A stretch of 64,000 bases of DNA, taken from the NCBI GenBank assembly GCA_947625645.1, contig CANQPE010000003.1, positions 14,916 through 78,915 of the forward strand, in the 5' to 3' direction. Each line of letters begins with the position of its first letter. The first letter of the stretch is position 1. The stretch is from an uncultured Clostridia bacterium. Its GTDB lineage: Bacteria > Bacillota > Clostridia > TANB77 > CAG-508. Of the stretch, positions 40,628 to 50,866 are shown piece after piece. A program made the position numbers and the translations under genes. The notes beneath the pieces are model-generated. The model did no database searches. It was not told the DNA's origin and saw only the letters and a list, made by a program, of their open reading frames with translations.

Positions 40628-41933
40628 TTCTGCCAAATGTGCTGTTATTAAAACCGCTGATGACACTTACTTTGGAAAAGTAGCTCATACAATATCTTCT
40701 ACCAAACCAAAATCTGCTTTTCAAAAAGGAATTGAAAATATTAGCAAATTATTAATTCGCTTTATGTTGATTTTAATTCCTATTGTCTTTATTTTGAATG
40801 TTACCAAACATAGTACTGTAACAGCCTTTACCTTTGCAGTAGCTATTGCCATTTGTATTACGCCGCTTCTTTTACCAGTCATTCTCTCCTCTAGCCTTTC
40901 CAAAGGTGCTGTTCGCATGTCAAAAAAGAAAACCATTGTAAAAAAGCTAGATGCCATCCAAAGTTTTGGCGCCATCAACATTTTGTGTACAGATAAAACC
41001 GGAACGTTAACAGAAGATAAAATTGTGTTAGAAAAATATTTAGACATTCATGGGGAAGAAGATTTTCGTATTTTAAAACACGCTTTCCTAAATTCCTATT
41101 TTCAAACAGGACTCAGAGGCAACATTGATGAAGCAGTTGTAGCAAGAGGTTTGCAAAACAATATGCAACAATATATAGAAAAATATAAATTAGTAGATGA
41201 AATCCCTTTTGATTTTTCCCGTAGACGTCTTTCTGTTATTGTAACAGACGGTCAAAAAAAGCAAATGATTACCAAAGGGGCTGTTGAAGAAATTTTAAAC
41301 ATTTGTACCTTAGTAGATTATCAAGGCACCATCTCTTCTATCACTAGAGAAATTAAAGACAATATCAAACAAATTTCTAAACAATTGAACAAAGACGGAT
41401 TACGTGTAATTGCTGTTTGCCAAAAAAATAATCTTATGGGTATTTCTGATTTTAGTGTAGCAGATGAAAATAATATGGTTCTTTTAGGATTTATTGGTTT
41501 CTTAGACCCACCAAAAGAAAGTGCAAAATCTGCTATCCAAAAACTAAACCACGCTGGTATTCGTGTTATGGTTTTAACAGGTGATAATTTAGAAATTACA
41601 AAATGTATTTGCAAAAAGGTGGGTATCAATTCTGAAAGAATTATAGAAGGAAAAGAAATTGAAAAACTAAGTGATGCTGGTGTTTTAAGATTGTTGAAGA
41701 AAAGTAATATCTTTGTCAAGCTTTCCCCTATCCAAAAAGCTAGAATTGTTAGGGTTTTACATGAGTCCAACAATATTGTAGGGTATATGGGAGATGGTAT
41801 TAATGATGCGCCTTCTTTAATCAATTCCGATGTTGGTATTTCTGTGGACACTGCTGTTGATATTGCCAAAGAATCTGCTGATATTATTCTGCTCGAAAAA
41901 GATTTACATGTTTTACTAGACGGAGTAACGGAA

Positions 41934-41936
41934 CGG
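41934..41936 (+). other. In-frame CGG at an ORF break (candidate +1 recoding site)
   Basis: Context: acg gaa CGG cag. The +1 frame GGC AGA AAA ACA TTT restores the conserved EGR(R/K)TF motif. Confidence 0.8.
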
Positions 41937-42582
41937 CAGAAAAACATTTGCCAATTTAATGAAATACATTAAACTTTCTACCAGTTTCAATTTTGGAGAA
42001 GTGGTTTCTGTCATTATTGCTAGTATCCTTTTACCTTTCTTACCTGAAACACCCATTCAGTTATTAGTAGAAGGATTATTGTATGATTTTGGGCAACTCA
42101 CGCTTCCTTTTGACAATGTAGATAGTGACTATCTTGAAAAACCTAGAAAGTTTTCCATTGATAGTTTGAAACATTTCATGTTATTCATGGGACCAATCAG
42201 TTCGCTTTTTGACCTCATTGTGTTTGCTATTTTATTGCTTTTCTTCAAATTACAAGATGCCGCCACTTTCCAAACCATATGGTTTTCATACAGCATCGTC
42301 TCTAATTTGCTAGGAATGCATATCATTAGAACTGCAAAATTACCATTTATTGAAAGCAATGCCCATAAATTTGTATATACCTCCTCCATTTTGCTAGCCA
42401 TCATTGGCGTCATTATCCCATACACTTGGCTTGGCAACTTGATTGGCTTGGTCCCAATCCCTTCTATTTATTTGCCGATTATTTTCTTAGTCCCTATTTT
42501 ATACTGCTTTGTTGCCATGATTGCGAAAAAAATTTATATCAAAAAATATGGAGAATGGATTTAATCCTTTCTCCATATGGAC

Positions 42583-45000
42583 TCAATTTTCTTCTAATTT
42601 CAGTTCAATCTGATAGATTTCATAGTCTTTTTCTATGACTTTCATCTCTAACTCTTCAATGAATAATGTTGCCCTAAAGTCCTTAATTGACTGCTCAATT
42701 GCCTCTTTTAATTTTTGGCTAACCCCTAAGGCTAATTTCTGAATTGGCGTTTTTAAAGAAACACTGCTATTCGTTTTGGCACCTCTCGCTTGGCTTATCA
42801 ATTCAATAATTTGATTTCCTAATTCTATTTCTTTATGGAAATGATACTCTAATGGTTTTATTTCTGTTGTATGAATAGAAGCATGATTATGGTATAATTC
42901 TTGGAAGATTTCTTCTGTGATAAATGGGAAATAGATACTAAAATCTTGCAATAATTTATATAATATGATATACACCGTCTTTTGCCCACTATATCTTGGT
43001 TCCGCTCCAAATTCTTCTGGCCTATATAATCTATGTTTTACAATTTCTATATAGTTATCACAAAAATCCCAGAAGAATTTTTCTAAAATGTTTAATGCTA
43101 ATCCTACCTCATATTCATCTAAGTAATGAATAAATTGTGTTTCCATTTCTTGAAAACGTCCTAATATCCATTTATCAATATATTCAAATTGATCAAATTC
43201 CTTATCCTCATAATCTGATAAATGCATTTCAATAAATTTAGATACATTCCATATTTTATTAATTAATTTTTTTCCACGAAGTAATGTTTCTTCACTAAAA
43301 ACAATATCCGTTCCTAGTCTTCCTGTTCCTGCCCAATAGCGAATCACATCTGCTGAATATTGTTTGACTAACTCCATTGGCTCATGTTTGCTGTTTCCTT
43401 TACTCTTGCTAATTTTTTCCCCTTTATCTGCCATAACAAATCCAGAAATCATAACATTATCCCATGGTTTTTGTCCAAAATGATAAAAACTCTTAACGAT
43501 GGTATAAAAATCCCACGTTCTAATAATTTCACTTGCATTTGTTCTTAAGCTCATCGGTTTTAAAATATCTTCAAAATTCTCTTTTTCTCCATATCTCATA
43601 TTGATAAGTGGTGTAACTGATGATGTAGCCCATGTGTCCATAATATCCGTATCTGGTATAAATTCTTTTCCGCCACAGTTTGGACACGTTTCAACTTTTG
43701 GCAAATCAACTAATGGGTTGACTGGCAAATCTTCTTTTCTTGCAAATATCGGTTCCCCGCACGCTTTACAATACCAAACTGGAAATGAGACACCAAAATA
43801 TCTTTGCCTTGAAATGCACCAATCCCATGCAATATTATTAACCCATTCATCATATCTTGCATGCATATGGGCTGGATGCCATTTGATTTCATTACCAATT
43901 TTTAAAAAGTCTTCCTTATGGTTCATAATATCTATAAACCATTGTTTCATAACAGCATATTCGACTTCTTTTCCACATCTTTCATGCGTTTGCACTTCAT
44001 GCTCTAGTTCCTCAATTTTAACAACATATCCCCCTTCTTGCAAATCTTCCATGATTTTCTTTCTAGCTTCTTTTATTTTTAAGCCACCATATTTAGGAAC
44101 CTCATCTATAATTTTTCCATTGCCGGTAAATATATATTTCAATGGTAATTGATATTTTTTCCACCATTCAATATCCGTTTGATCCCCAAAAGTACAGCAC
44201 ATAACCACACCTGTACCTTTATCAATGGCAACCTTTTCATCTGCCATGATAGGAACAATGACATCTATGACAGGAATATGAGCCGTTTTTCCAATGAGAT
44301 GTTTATGTTTCTCATCTTCTGGATTGACAAAGACACAAACAATCGCTGGCAAAAGTTCTGGCCTTGTTGTTGCAATTGTAAATTCTTCACCATCTTCTAC
44401 GGTTTTAAACGTAATGTAGTTAAATGTGGTTTTGATGGTTTTGGTTTCTAGCTCTGCTTGTGCAATAGAAGTTAAACATTCATTACACCACAAAGCAGGG
44501 CTTTCTTTATGATAGCAATGTCCTTTTTCAATCAAGTCCAAAAATGATGTTTGACTTATCTTAATGGTAGAAGGTGCAACAGTTTTATAACGAATATTCC
44601 AATCTGTACTAACTCCCATCTTGCTAAATAATTCTTGAAAATCTGCTTCATATTTATTGGTCGTTTCATAGCATAATTCTGAAAATTTTTCTCTTCCTAT
44701 TTCATGAGCTCTTTTTCCTTGTTCTTTTTCTACCAATCTTTCACTAGGCAATCCATTATCGTCAAATCCAAAGGGATAGAATATATTATACCCCCTCAAT
44801 CTTTTATACCTTGCCAACATTTCCGTTTGCGTATAGGAAAAAATATGTCCTATATGTATTTTCCCATTGACTGTTGGCGGTGGTGTATCAATAGAATAGG
44901 TTTCCTTTCCATTTCTTTGAAATTCATAAATTTTATTTTCTCTCCAGTAATTTAGCCACTTTTCTTCTTTTTCTACTGCATTATATTTCTTATCTAACAT
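42583..45000 (-). CDS. valS: Valine--tRNA ligase (short, archaeal/actinobacterial-like type)
   Basis: DTPPPTVNGKIHIGHIFSYTQTEMLARYKRLRGYNIFYPFGFDDNGLP (HIGH), the KMSKS-type KISKSKGN, and the zinc-knuckle CKACG...CPNCG. It is 805 aa. Confidence 0.75.
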   Translation of the reverse strand: MLDKKYNAVEKEEKWLNYWRENKIYEFQRNGKETYSIDTPPPTVNGKIHIGHIFSYTQTEMLARYKRLRGYNIFYPFGFDDNGLPSERLVEKEQGKRAHEIGREKFSELCYETTNKYEADFQELFSKMGVSTDWNIRYKTVAPSTIKISQTSFLDLIEKGHCYHKESPALWCNECLTSIAQAELETKTIKTTFNYITFKTVEDGEEFTIATTRPELLPAIVCVFVNPEDEKHKHLIGKTAHIPVIDVIVPIMADEKVAIDKGTGVVMCCTFGDQTDIEWWKKYQLPLKYIFTGNGKIIDEVPKYGGLKIKEARKKIMEDLQEGGYVVKIEELEHEVQTHERCGKEVEYAVMKQWFIDIMNHKEDFLKIGNEIKWHPAHMHARYDEWVNNIAWDWCISRQRYFGVSFPVWYCKACGEPIFARKEDLPVNPLVDLPKVETCPNCGGKEFIPDTDIMDTWATSSVTPLINMRYGEKENFEDILKPMSLRTNASEIIRTWDFYTIVKSFYHFGQKPWDNVMISGFVMADKGEKISKSKGNSKHEPMELVKQYSADVIRYWAGTGRLGTDIVFSEETLLRGKKLINKIWNVSKFIEMHLSDYEDKEFDQFEYIDKWILGRFQEMETQFIHYLDEYEVGLALNILEKFFWDFCDNYIEIVKHRLYRPEEFGAEPRYSGQKTVYIILYKLLQDFSIYFPFITEEIFQELYHNHASIHTTEIKPLEYHFHKEIELGNQIIELISQARGAKTNSSVSLKTPIQKLALGVSQKLKEAIEQSIKDFRATLFIEELEMKVIEKDYEIYQIELKLEEN

Positions 45001-45030
45001 ATTTTAGTTTCCTCTCTTTCTACTTCCTTT

Positions 45031-46176
45031 TTAGTCCCCTAAGTTAATTCCTACACTTCTAGCCGTTTTAACTAAATCATGATCCATGTTTACTTTTCTA
45101 ATGTTGCTCTCTGCTGTATTGCCTGAAACTGCACCAATTACAGTATTTTTACCTACCACATCTTCTAAACTAACATCATCTAATCTTCCATTTTTAATAA
45201 CCGTAAGTCTTCCAAATTTTCCTTCTAAAGCCAATTGCATTGCTTTTGTTCCATATTTTGTAGAAAGGACTCTATCAAAAGCAGTTGGCGTTCCTCCCCT
45301 TTGCATATACCCCAAAGTAGTATTTCTTGCCTCTAGGCCTGTAATAGCTTCTAACTGTTTTGCCACTACTTGCCCTACACCACCTAATTTTGTATTATCC
45401 ACACCTTTTCCGTTGTCTCTCGTTCCTTGAATAACCATTTCTCCACCTTTTGGCCTTGCTCCTTCTGATACAACAACAATGCTGAAATTTTTTCCTCTTG
45501 CTTGCCTATTCTTGATTTTGGTTGCTACTCTTTCAATATCATATGGAATTTCTGGAATCAATGCCACATCCGCTCCTCCAGCAATGGCTGCTTCTAATGC
45601 AATCCAACCAGCATATCTTCCCATCACTTCCAATACCATAATACGGTGGTGTGTTTCTCCTGTTGTGTGCAATCTATCTATTGCTTCCATTGCTACTGAC
45701 ACAGCCGTATTGTAACCAAACGTAATCTCTGTACAAGCCACATCATTATCAATGGTTTTTGGCACACCAATAATATTAATACCTTTTGTAGCAAAATCTC
45801 TTGCTGACTTCTGCGTTCCATCTCCCCCTAAGGTAAATACGCAATCAAACCCATCATTTTTTATATTATTGATGCAAACATCTGATAGATCCTTATATTC
45901 TACTTCTCCCTTGTCATTGACCACTTTATAATTAAACACATTTGCATTTGTTGATGAACCAATAATAGAACCACCCTTTGGTAAAATTCCTTCTGCCTTT
46001 CCTTCTTCTGCAGTACTTAATAGTACATATTCATTTTTTAATAGTCCATTATATCCATCAATAAACCCATATGCCTCTACGCCATGATTTTCTGCTGTCT
46101 TTACAATTCCTCTAATGACAGCATTGAATCCAGCTACATCTCCTCCATTTGCTAATATTGCTACTTTTTTTAACAT
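45031..46176 (-). CDS. pfk: 6-phosphofructokinase (long ATP/PPi-dependent type)
   Basis: GGDVAGFNAVIRG, LGGDGT, PKTIDND and EVMGRYAGWIAL. Confidence 0.85.
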   Translation of the reverse strand: MLKKVAILANGGDVAGFNAVIRGIVKTAENHGVEAYGFIDGYNGLLKNEYVLLSTAEEGKAEGILPKGGSIIGSSTNANVFNYKVVNDKGEVEYKDLSDVCINNIKNDGFDCVFTLGGDGTQKSARDFATKGINIIGVPKTIDNDVACTEITFGYNTAVSVAMEAIDRLHTTGETHHRIMVLEVMGRYAGWIALEAAIAGGADVALIPEIPYDIERVATKIKNRQARGKNFSIVVVSEGARPKGGEMVIQGTRDNGKGVDNTKLGGVGQVVAKQLEAITGLEARNTTLGYMQRGGTPTAFDRVLSTKYGTKAMQLALEGKFGRLTVIKNGRLDDVSLEDVVGKNTVIGAVSGNTAESNIRKVNMDHDLVKTARSVGINLGD

Positions 46177-46329
46177 ACCTCTCACAACCTTTCTTATGTT
46201 TCAAAGTTTTTCTTCCCTTCTATTATACCAATTTTTTTCAAAATTACAACATTTTGGCAAATAATTATTTGATTTTTTTATCAATACATAGTAAAATAAG
46301 CTTGATGCTACAAAAAAATGGAGGTAGTC

Positions 46330-47184
46330 ATGGAATTACAATATCTGGTAAAAGAGCCTTGCCGTATTTCTGATATTTTACAAAAAAATTTTAATATGTC
46401 TCATCGTCTCTTAACCTTTTTAATAAAATCCCAATTGATTTATCGTAATGGTACTGTTTGCGATACGCGTGATTTAGCCCAACCAGGAGATAGCATTACC
46501 ATTTTTTTAGGATATGCAGAAGATACTTCTAATATCATTCCCACACAAATACATTTGGAAATTTTGTATGAAGATGATTGGATGTTGGTTCTTCTAAAAC
46601 CTTCTGGAATTTCCATTCATCCTTCTATGTTACATTACACAGATTCTCTTTCCAATGGGGTTCGCTATTATTTTGACCAAATTGGTTTACCAAAAAAAAT
46701 TCGCCCTGTCAATCGTTTGGATTTTTACACTTCTGGGCTCGTCATTTTTGCCAAATGTGCCTACATCCACGAACAACTTTCTTGGCAAATGCAACAGCAT
46801 TCTTTTGAGAAAGACTATCTGGCTATGGTCCATGGTCATCTCGCAGAACCTGAAGGGACAATTCAGTTGCCAATTGCTAGAAAAAACAATAGTATCATTG
46901 AAAGATGCGTTGACTTTGAACATGGCCAAACCGCCATCACCACTTATCAAGTGGTACACTATTTAGAAAACTCAGACATGACTTTGGTAAGATGCCATTT
47001 ATTAACAGGTAGAACCCATCAAATTCGTGTACATTTTTCAAGTATTGGCCATCCTTTAGTGGGAGATAGTCTATATGGAAATGACGTATGCGACACGGGT
47101 CAAATGCTACATTGTACTTCCTTAAGCTTTACACATCCCGTTACAAAAAAGCACTTACATTTTGAAAGTCCTGCTCCCTTCTAA
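46330..47184 (+). CDS. RluA-family 23S rRNA/tRNA pseudouridine synthase
   Basis: KPSGISIHP, the catalytic HRLD-like NRLDFYTSGLVIFAK, and GRTHQIRVH. The ATG at 46330 follows GGAGG. Confidence 0.85.
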   Translation: MELQYLVKEPCRISDILQKNFNMSHRLLTFLIKSQLIYRNGTVCDTRDLAQPGDSITIFLGYAEDTSNIIPTQIHLEILYEDDWMLVLLKPSGISIHPSMLHYTDSLSNGVRYYFDQIGLPKKIRPVNRLDFYTSGLVIFAKCAYIHEQLSWQMQQHSFEKDYLAMVHGHLAEPEGTIQLPIARKNNSIIERCVDFEHGQTAITTYQVVHYLENSDMTLVRCHLLTGRTHQIRVHFSSIGHPLVGDSLYGNDVCDTGQMLHCTSLSFTHPVTKKHLHFESPAPF

Positions 47185-47186
47185 AA

Positions 47187-47212
47187 AGGCAGAAGCTTTT
47201 ATGCTTCTGTCT
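47187..47212. terminator. Shared hairpin between the convergent rluA-family and DUF4116 genes
   Basis: aggcagaagc-tttta-tgcttctgtct, flanked by A-rich and T-rich runs. Confidence 0.5.
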
Positions 47213-47730
47213 TATTGTGCTAACTCTTTTAATTCTTCATCTGCTTTTAATTCCTGTGATAAAAAATGATACGCTCGTTTATCTTGTGTGATTGCTATCT
47301 TAGCAATTTCTTTATTGTTTCGTAATCGTAAACTTGCATACTTCAAAATAAGCCCTTTATTGCGAACAGCTACTTTGACAACCTCTTCATCATCTCTTAA
47401 TGCTTCACTTGCATAATATAACGTTTGTCCATATTTTTCAACGCTTGCTAAGATTAATTCTTTATCATCTTTTAATCTTTCAGAAGCATAAAACGCTGTC
47501 CATGGGGCACTTTCAATAGCCTTTGCCACAAGTTCTTTATTATCTTTTAATCGATCACTTGCAAATTCTAGTGCTTCTCCATCTTGAGTAATGGCTGTTC
47601 GTACCACTTCCTCATCATCCTGTAAGGCTGGGCTTGCAAACTCTAATCGTTTTCCTTGCTCAGCTACTTTTTCTAATATGTATGCTTTATCTTCGCTATG
47701 GTTTTGTAATTCTTCTATTTCTTCTTCCAT
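47212..47730 (-). CDS. DUF4116 repeat protein
   Basis: There are four to five ~30-aa units of the type ASxxLKDDxELVxxAIxxxGxALxY. Confidence 0.6.
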   Translation of the reverse strand: MEEEIEELQNHSEDKAYILEKVAEQGKRLEFASPALQDDEEVVRTAITQDGEALEFASDRLKDNKELVAKAIESAPWTAFYASERLKDDKELILASVEKYGQTLYYASEALRDDEEVVKVAVRNKGLILKYASLRLRNNKEIAKIAITQDKRAYHFLSQELKADEELKELAQ

Positions 47731-48407
47731 TTTTCATCACATTCCTTCCTTAATCTTGCCTTTAATGCCTTGATTAAAATGCCCTGTTCTGTAAACATTT
47801 TCTCATGTTCTGTTTCAATGTTATTTTCAAATATATCCTCTTGATGCAAATCTTGCGTTTTGGCATAAACTTCAAATCCTGATTCCTCTAAATACATCAA
47901 GGTTGCACGAAATAGATCCTCATCATCTGTTTTAAAGAAAATTTCTCCACCTTCTGCCAAAAATGTTTTATACTTTTCCAATTGCCTGGTATGTGTTAAT
48001 CTTTTTTTACGATGTTTTCCTCTTGGCCATGGATTACAAAAATTGATATAAATTCTCTGTATGGCATCCTGTTTATCTAAAATCATAGGAATTCTTTCAA
48101 TATCAAATCTCGTGATGGCAATGTTCTCTGGTTGAATCTTTTTTTCTAAATACGTTGCTTCAATGTTTCTTTTGGCTAAGCCCAACATAGCATCTATGAG
48201 GTCAATGGCAATATAATTGATGTTCAAATTCTCTGAAGCAAGCTTGGCAATAAATTGCCCTTTTCCACATCCTAGTTCTAAATGAATCGGATGATTTTGG
48301 TTTTTAAAACATGTTTTCCAATTTCCTTTTTGTTCTTCCGGTACTTTTATGTAAAATGATGCTGCTTCTAATTCTGGTCTTGCCCATTTTTTATGTCGAA
48401 TTCTCAT
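47715..48407 (-). CDS. trmB: tRNA (guanine-N7)-methyltransferase
   Basis: MRIRHKKWARPEL, LELGCGKGQF and FCNPWPRGKHRKKRL. The start was moved to 48407 (RBS AAAGGA), because the ORF-track extension runs into the RNase P RNA gene. Confidence 0.9.
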   Translation of the reverse strand: MRIRHKKWARPELEAASFYIKVPEEQKGNWKTCFKNQNHPIHLELGCGKGQFIAKLASENLNINYIAIDLIDAMLGLAKRNIEATYLEKKIQPENIAITRFDIERIPMILDKQDAIQRIYINFCNPWPRGKHRKKRLTHTRQLEKYKTFLAEGGEIFFKTDDEDLFRATLMYLEESGFEVYAKTQDLHQEDIFENNIETEHEKMFTEQGILIKALKARLRKECDEKWKKK

Positions 48408-48432
48408 AAAACAATTCCTTTCATCAAAAAAA

Positions 48433-48780
48433 TAGAGTAAATCTGTAAGCCGGGTTCTGTCATTTAAAATAGCCATTTATCTAGGATAATTATTGCTAAT
48501 TATCTCAAGCCACGCAATTCAAGAAGGCGCCGAGCAGGCTTAATCTTCTTTACAAGGTGTTGCTCCAGATGGGGTTTACACAGCCTGTTATGTCACCATA
48601 ACAGCGGTAAGCTCTTACCTCACCTTTTCACCCTTACCAAAAAATGGCGGTTATTTTCTGTTGCACTTTCCTTAGGGTTACCCCCACTAGACGTTATCTA
48701 GCATCTTTGCTCTATGGAGCCCGGACTTTCCTCTCGCAGTTCCTTTCGGAAATCTGCCAGCGACTATTCAATTTACTCTA
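48433..48780 (-). ncRNA. rnpB: RNase P RNA
   Basis: The minus strand contains GAGGAAAGTCCGGGCTCC (plus 48716-48733) and ACAGAACCCGGCTTACAG, the two strands of P4. The termini pair as P1 (TAGAGTAAAT / ATTTACTCTA). A T-run follows the 3' end, and an extended -10 TGATATAAT lies upstream. Confidence 0.9.
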
Positions 48781-48792
48781 TTTGGTATTATA

Positions 48793-49896
48793 TCATATAT
48801 TACTTAATTCTTCTAGCGTATTTTTATATTTTATCAAAAAAATTTGTACATCTTGCTTTTCAATTGATTTTTGCAACTCACTTAGCATCACATAAACTTT
48901 ATTAATAGAATATTGTTTTTCATCTTTCATTTGTGTTCCTGTTAACAATTTCGAAAAATCTTCTATTGCCACTTGCGTATCTTTTGCAATTTCTTCCCAA
49001 TTTTGCTCATCTAATTTACTGTAAGCACGATACACATTTAATTTAGTTTTTGCAACTACTTTTCCTTGTTCTTCATTCAATTTTTCTGCAAATTTCACAA
49101 CACTTTCATATATTTTTACTAATTGTTGCAACGTATCTGCTTTATTTTTTTCTTCTACTACTTTTGTTAATGCATCAAATTCTGTATTAAAATTTAAAAT
49201 ATCTTGATCTTCAACTTCTGTTTGATATAAATCTAATGTAATTGTTGGAATAGAGCTATACATATTCTCAATTTCAGTTTTTATTTTATCCCAGTCTATT
49301 TCTTGCTCTTCTAGTAATACCCCTGTTGGCTCCAAATTATATGTGGTTGTACTATCTTTTCCAGAACTATTTCCTTCTGAACTATCGCTGCCACCAGAAC
49401 TTTGTCCTCCAGACTCACTACTTTTTGAATTTTTACCTCCTCCTGAATCACCACCGGAAGAACTTCCTCCCCCGGAATTACTCGTTCCAGAATTACTTGT
49501 TCCAGAATCACCGCTGCTACTATCTGAACTTTCACTACCTGATGTATCGCTTCCTTCACTATCCTTTGAACCGCTAGACGTCTCTTCTCCCATGCCACCT
49601 TCACCTGATTTTGAGCTCTTCTCACTACTTTTTTCGGTTCCTTCTCCTGATGAATTCGTAGTGACTTCATTAATCGAAATTTTATAATTTTCAAATTGAA
49701 TATTGTTCATTTGGTTAAACAAAACTAACATTCTACTATCAATATATTTGATTTCTGTTTTCACTTTTTCTGTTATTTGCGCCTCTGGATTTTGATTTGT
49801 TGACATTACCTGATATGCCACAAAAGCAACTGCTAATACCACAAAAGTTAAAACAAGTATAAAGGCAAATGTTTTATATTTCTTCAAAATTTCCAA
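48793..49896 (-). CDS. Membrane-anchored protein with a central Ser/Gly-rich low-complexity region
   Basis: N-terminal TM helix (FAFILVLTFVVLAVAFVAYQV), about 110 aa of S/G/E/D repeats, and a helical C-terminal domain. Confidence 0.6.
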   Translation of the reverse strand: MEILKKYKTFAFILVLTFVVLAVAFVAYQVMSTNQNPEAQITEKVKTEIKYIDSRMLVLFNQMNNIQFENYKISINEVTTNSSGEGTEKSSEKSSKSGEGGMGEETSSGSKDSEGSDTSGSESSDSSSGDSGTSNSGTSNSGGGSSSGGDSGGGKNSKSSESGGQSSGGSDSSEGNSSGKDSTTTYNLEPTGVLLEEQEIDWDKIKTEIENMYSSIPTITLDLYQTEVEDQDILNFNTEFDALTKVVEEKNKADTLQQLVKIYESVVKFAEKLNEEQGKVVAKTKLNVYRAYSKLDEQNWEEIAKDTQVAIEDFSKLLTGTQMKDEKQYSINKVYVMLSELQKSIEKQDVQIFLIKYKNTLEELSNI

Positions 49897-50048
49897 CTCC
49901 TTTTGTTCCTAGTATTTCCCAATTCTTCAAATTTATGCATATCCTCCATCGTTATATTTTTTTATTTTTTGCACATAGTAATAGTAGCATTTTTAGAAGA
50001 AATTGAAAACATCATTTGCAATTTGACCCCGAAAGGAAGGGTAAAAAC

Positions 50049-50327
50049 ATGATAACCGTTCATTTATTTAGCGAAAAATCAGGTGAAATTAATCATTTTC
50101 TAAGTAGCCTATACAATACAGATTTCGGTATTCCAGAACAAAAAACTTGGAAAAAAATATATACCAATCCTGTCGAAATTGCCGACATCATTGGTACGTA
50201 TATTGATAATATAGATATGTATACATTAAACATGTGGGTATCTTTAGACAACGGTATTTATATTCAAATCACCGACCAAAACGGTGATGCCATCATTAAG
50301 TATTTATTCGAAAGATTTCCCTATTAA
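50049..50327 (+). CDS. Hypothetical small protein
   Basis: 92-aa ORF starting at the ATG at 50049, preceded by GAAAGGAAGGG. No motif was recognised. Confidence 0.45.
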   Translation: MITVHLFSEKSGEINHFLSSLYNTDFGIPEQKTWKKIYTNPVEIADIIGTYIDNIDMYTLNMWVSLDNGIYIQITDQNGDAIIKYLFERFPY

Positions 50328-50328
50328 G

Positions 50329-50766
50329 TTACCCTGTTATCGTAATCGTAACTGGTCCATCATTTACTAAACTCACTTGCATATGTGCACCAAAAATCCC
50401 TTTTTGCACTTCTATTCCATATTTGCTGCATTGCTCGCAAAAATATTCATATAATTCCTCTGCCATTTCTGGCTTTGCTGCCTCAGTAAAAGACGGTCTA
50501 TTCCCACCTTTGCAATTTGCATATAGCGTAAATTGTGAAACAATCAGCAACTTACCATTTACTTGCTGAATATCCCAATTCATTTTTTCGTTCTCATCTT
50601 CAAATACGCGTAAATGGCACAACTTTTTTGCCAAATACGCTGCATTTTGCTTCGTATCCGTATGTGTTATTCCAACCAAAACCAAAAAGCCGGTTTCAAT
50701 TTCTCCCACAATCTTTCCTTCCACTTCTACTTTTGCTTGCTTGACTCTTTGTACAACAATCTTCAT
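50329..50766 (-). CDS. dtd: D-aminoacyl-tRNA deacylase
   Basis: MKIVVQRVKQAKVEV, the SQFTLYA motif and GPVTI. The ATG at 50766 follows GGGGAGGAAG. The ORF-track extension is a translated palindromic element. Confidence 0.9.
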   Translation of the reverse strand: MKIVVQRVKQAKVEVEGKIVGEIETGFLVLVGITHTDTKQNAAYLAKKLCHLRVFEDENEKMNWDIQQVNGKLLIVSQFTLYANCKGGNRPSFTEAAKPEMAEELYEYFCEQCSKYGIEVQKGIFGAHMQVSLVNDGPVTITITG

Positions 50767-50782
50767 CAATCTTCCTCCCCTC

Positions 50783-50861
50783 GGGGCAAGGGACAATTAG
50801 GGACGGTTCTTTTTTGTCCATGAGGGACAAAAAAGAACCGTCCCTAATTGTCCCTTGCCCC
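50783..50861. repeat. Palindromic intergenic element, copy I (extended, 79 bp)
   Basis: Sequence: ggggcaa-gggacaattagggacggttcttttttgtcc-atgag-ggacaaaaaagaaccgtccctaattgtccc-ttgcccc. The core is 50790-50854. Confidence 0.95.
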
Positions 50862-50866
50862 CCTGC

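Larger units (their letters stand above)
39956..42564 (+). pseudogene. mgtA: Interrupted CDS (conventionally a frameshifted pseudogene): magnesium-importing P-type ATPase MgtA-like. It needs +1 shifts at the in-frame CGG codons at 40625 and 41934.
   Basis: There are three collinear segments in frames 2, 0 and 1. Segment 1 has YGSNEI and TGESDAV. Skipping C40625 gives GTNVIS-G-SAKCAVIKTADDTYFGKV. Segment 2 has CTDKTGTLT, VLTGDN and GDGINDAPSL. Skipping C41934 gives GVTE-G-RKTFANLMKYIK. There are no other stops. Confidence 0.8.

Noticed and set aside
45001-45030. T-box leader upstream of valS
   Set aside because: Only 30 nt separate valS from the pfk stop, which is too short for a T-box.
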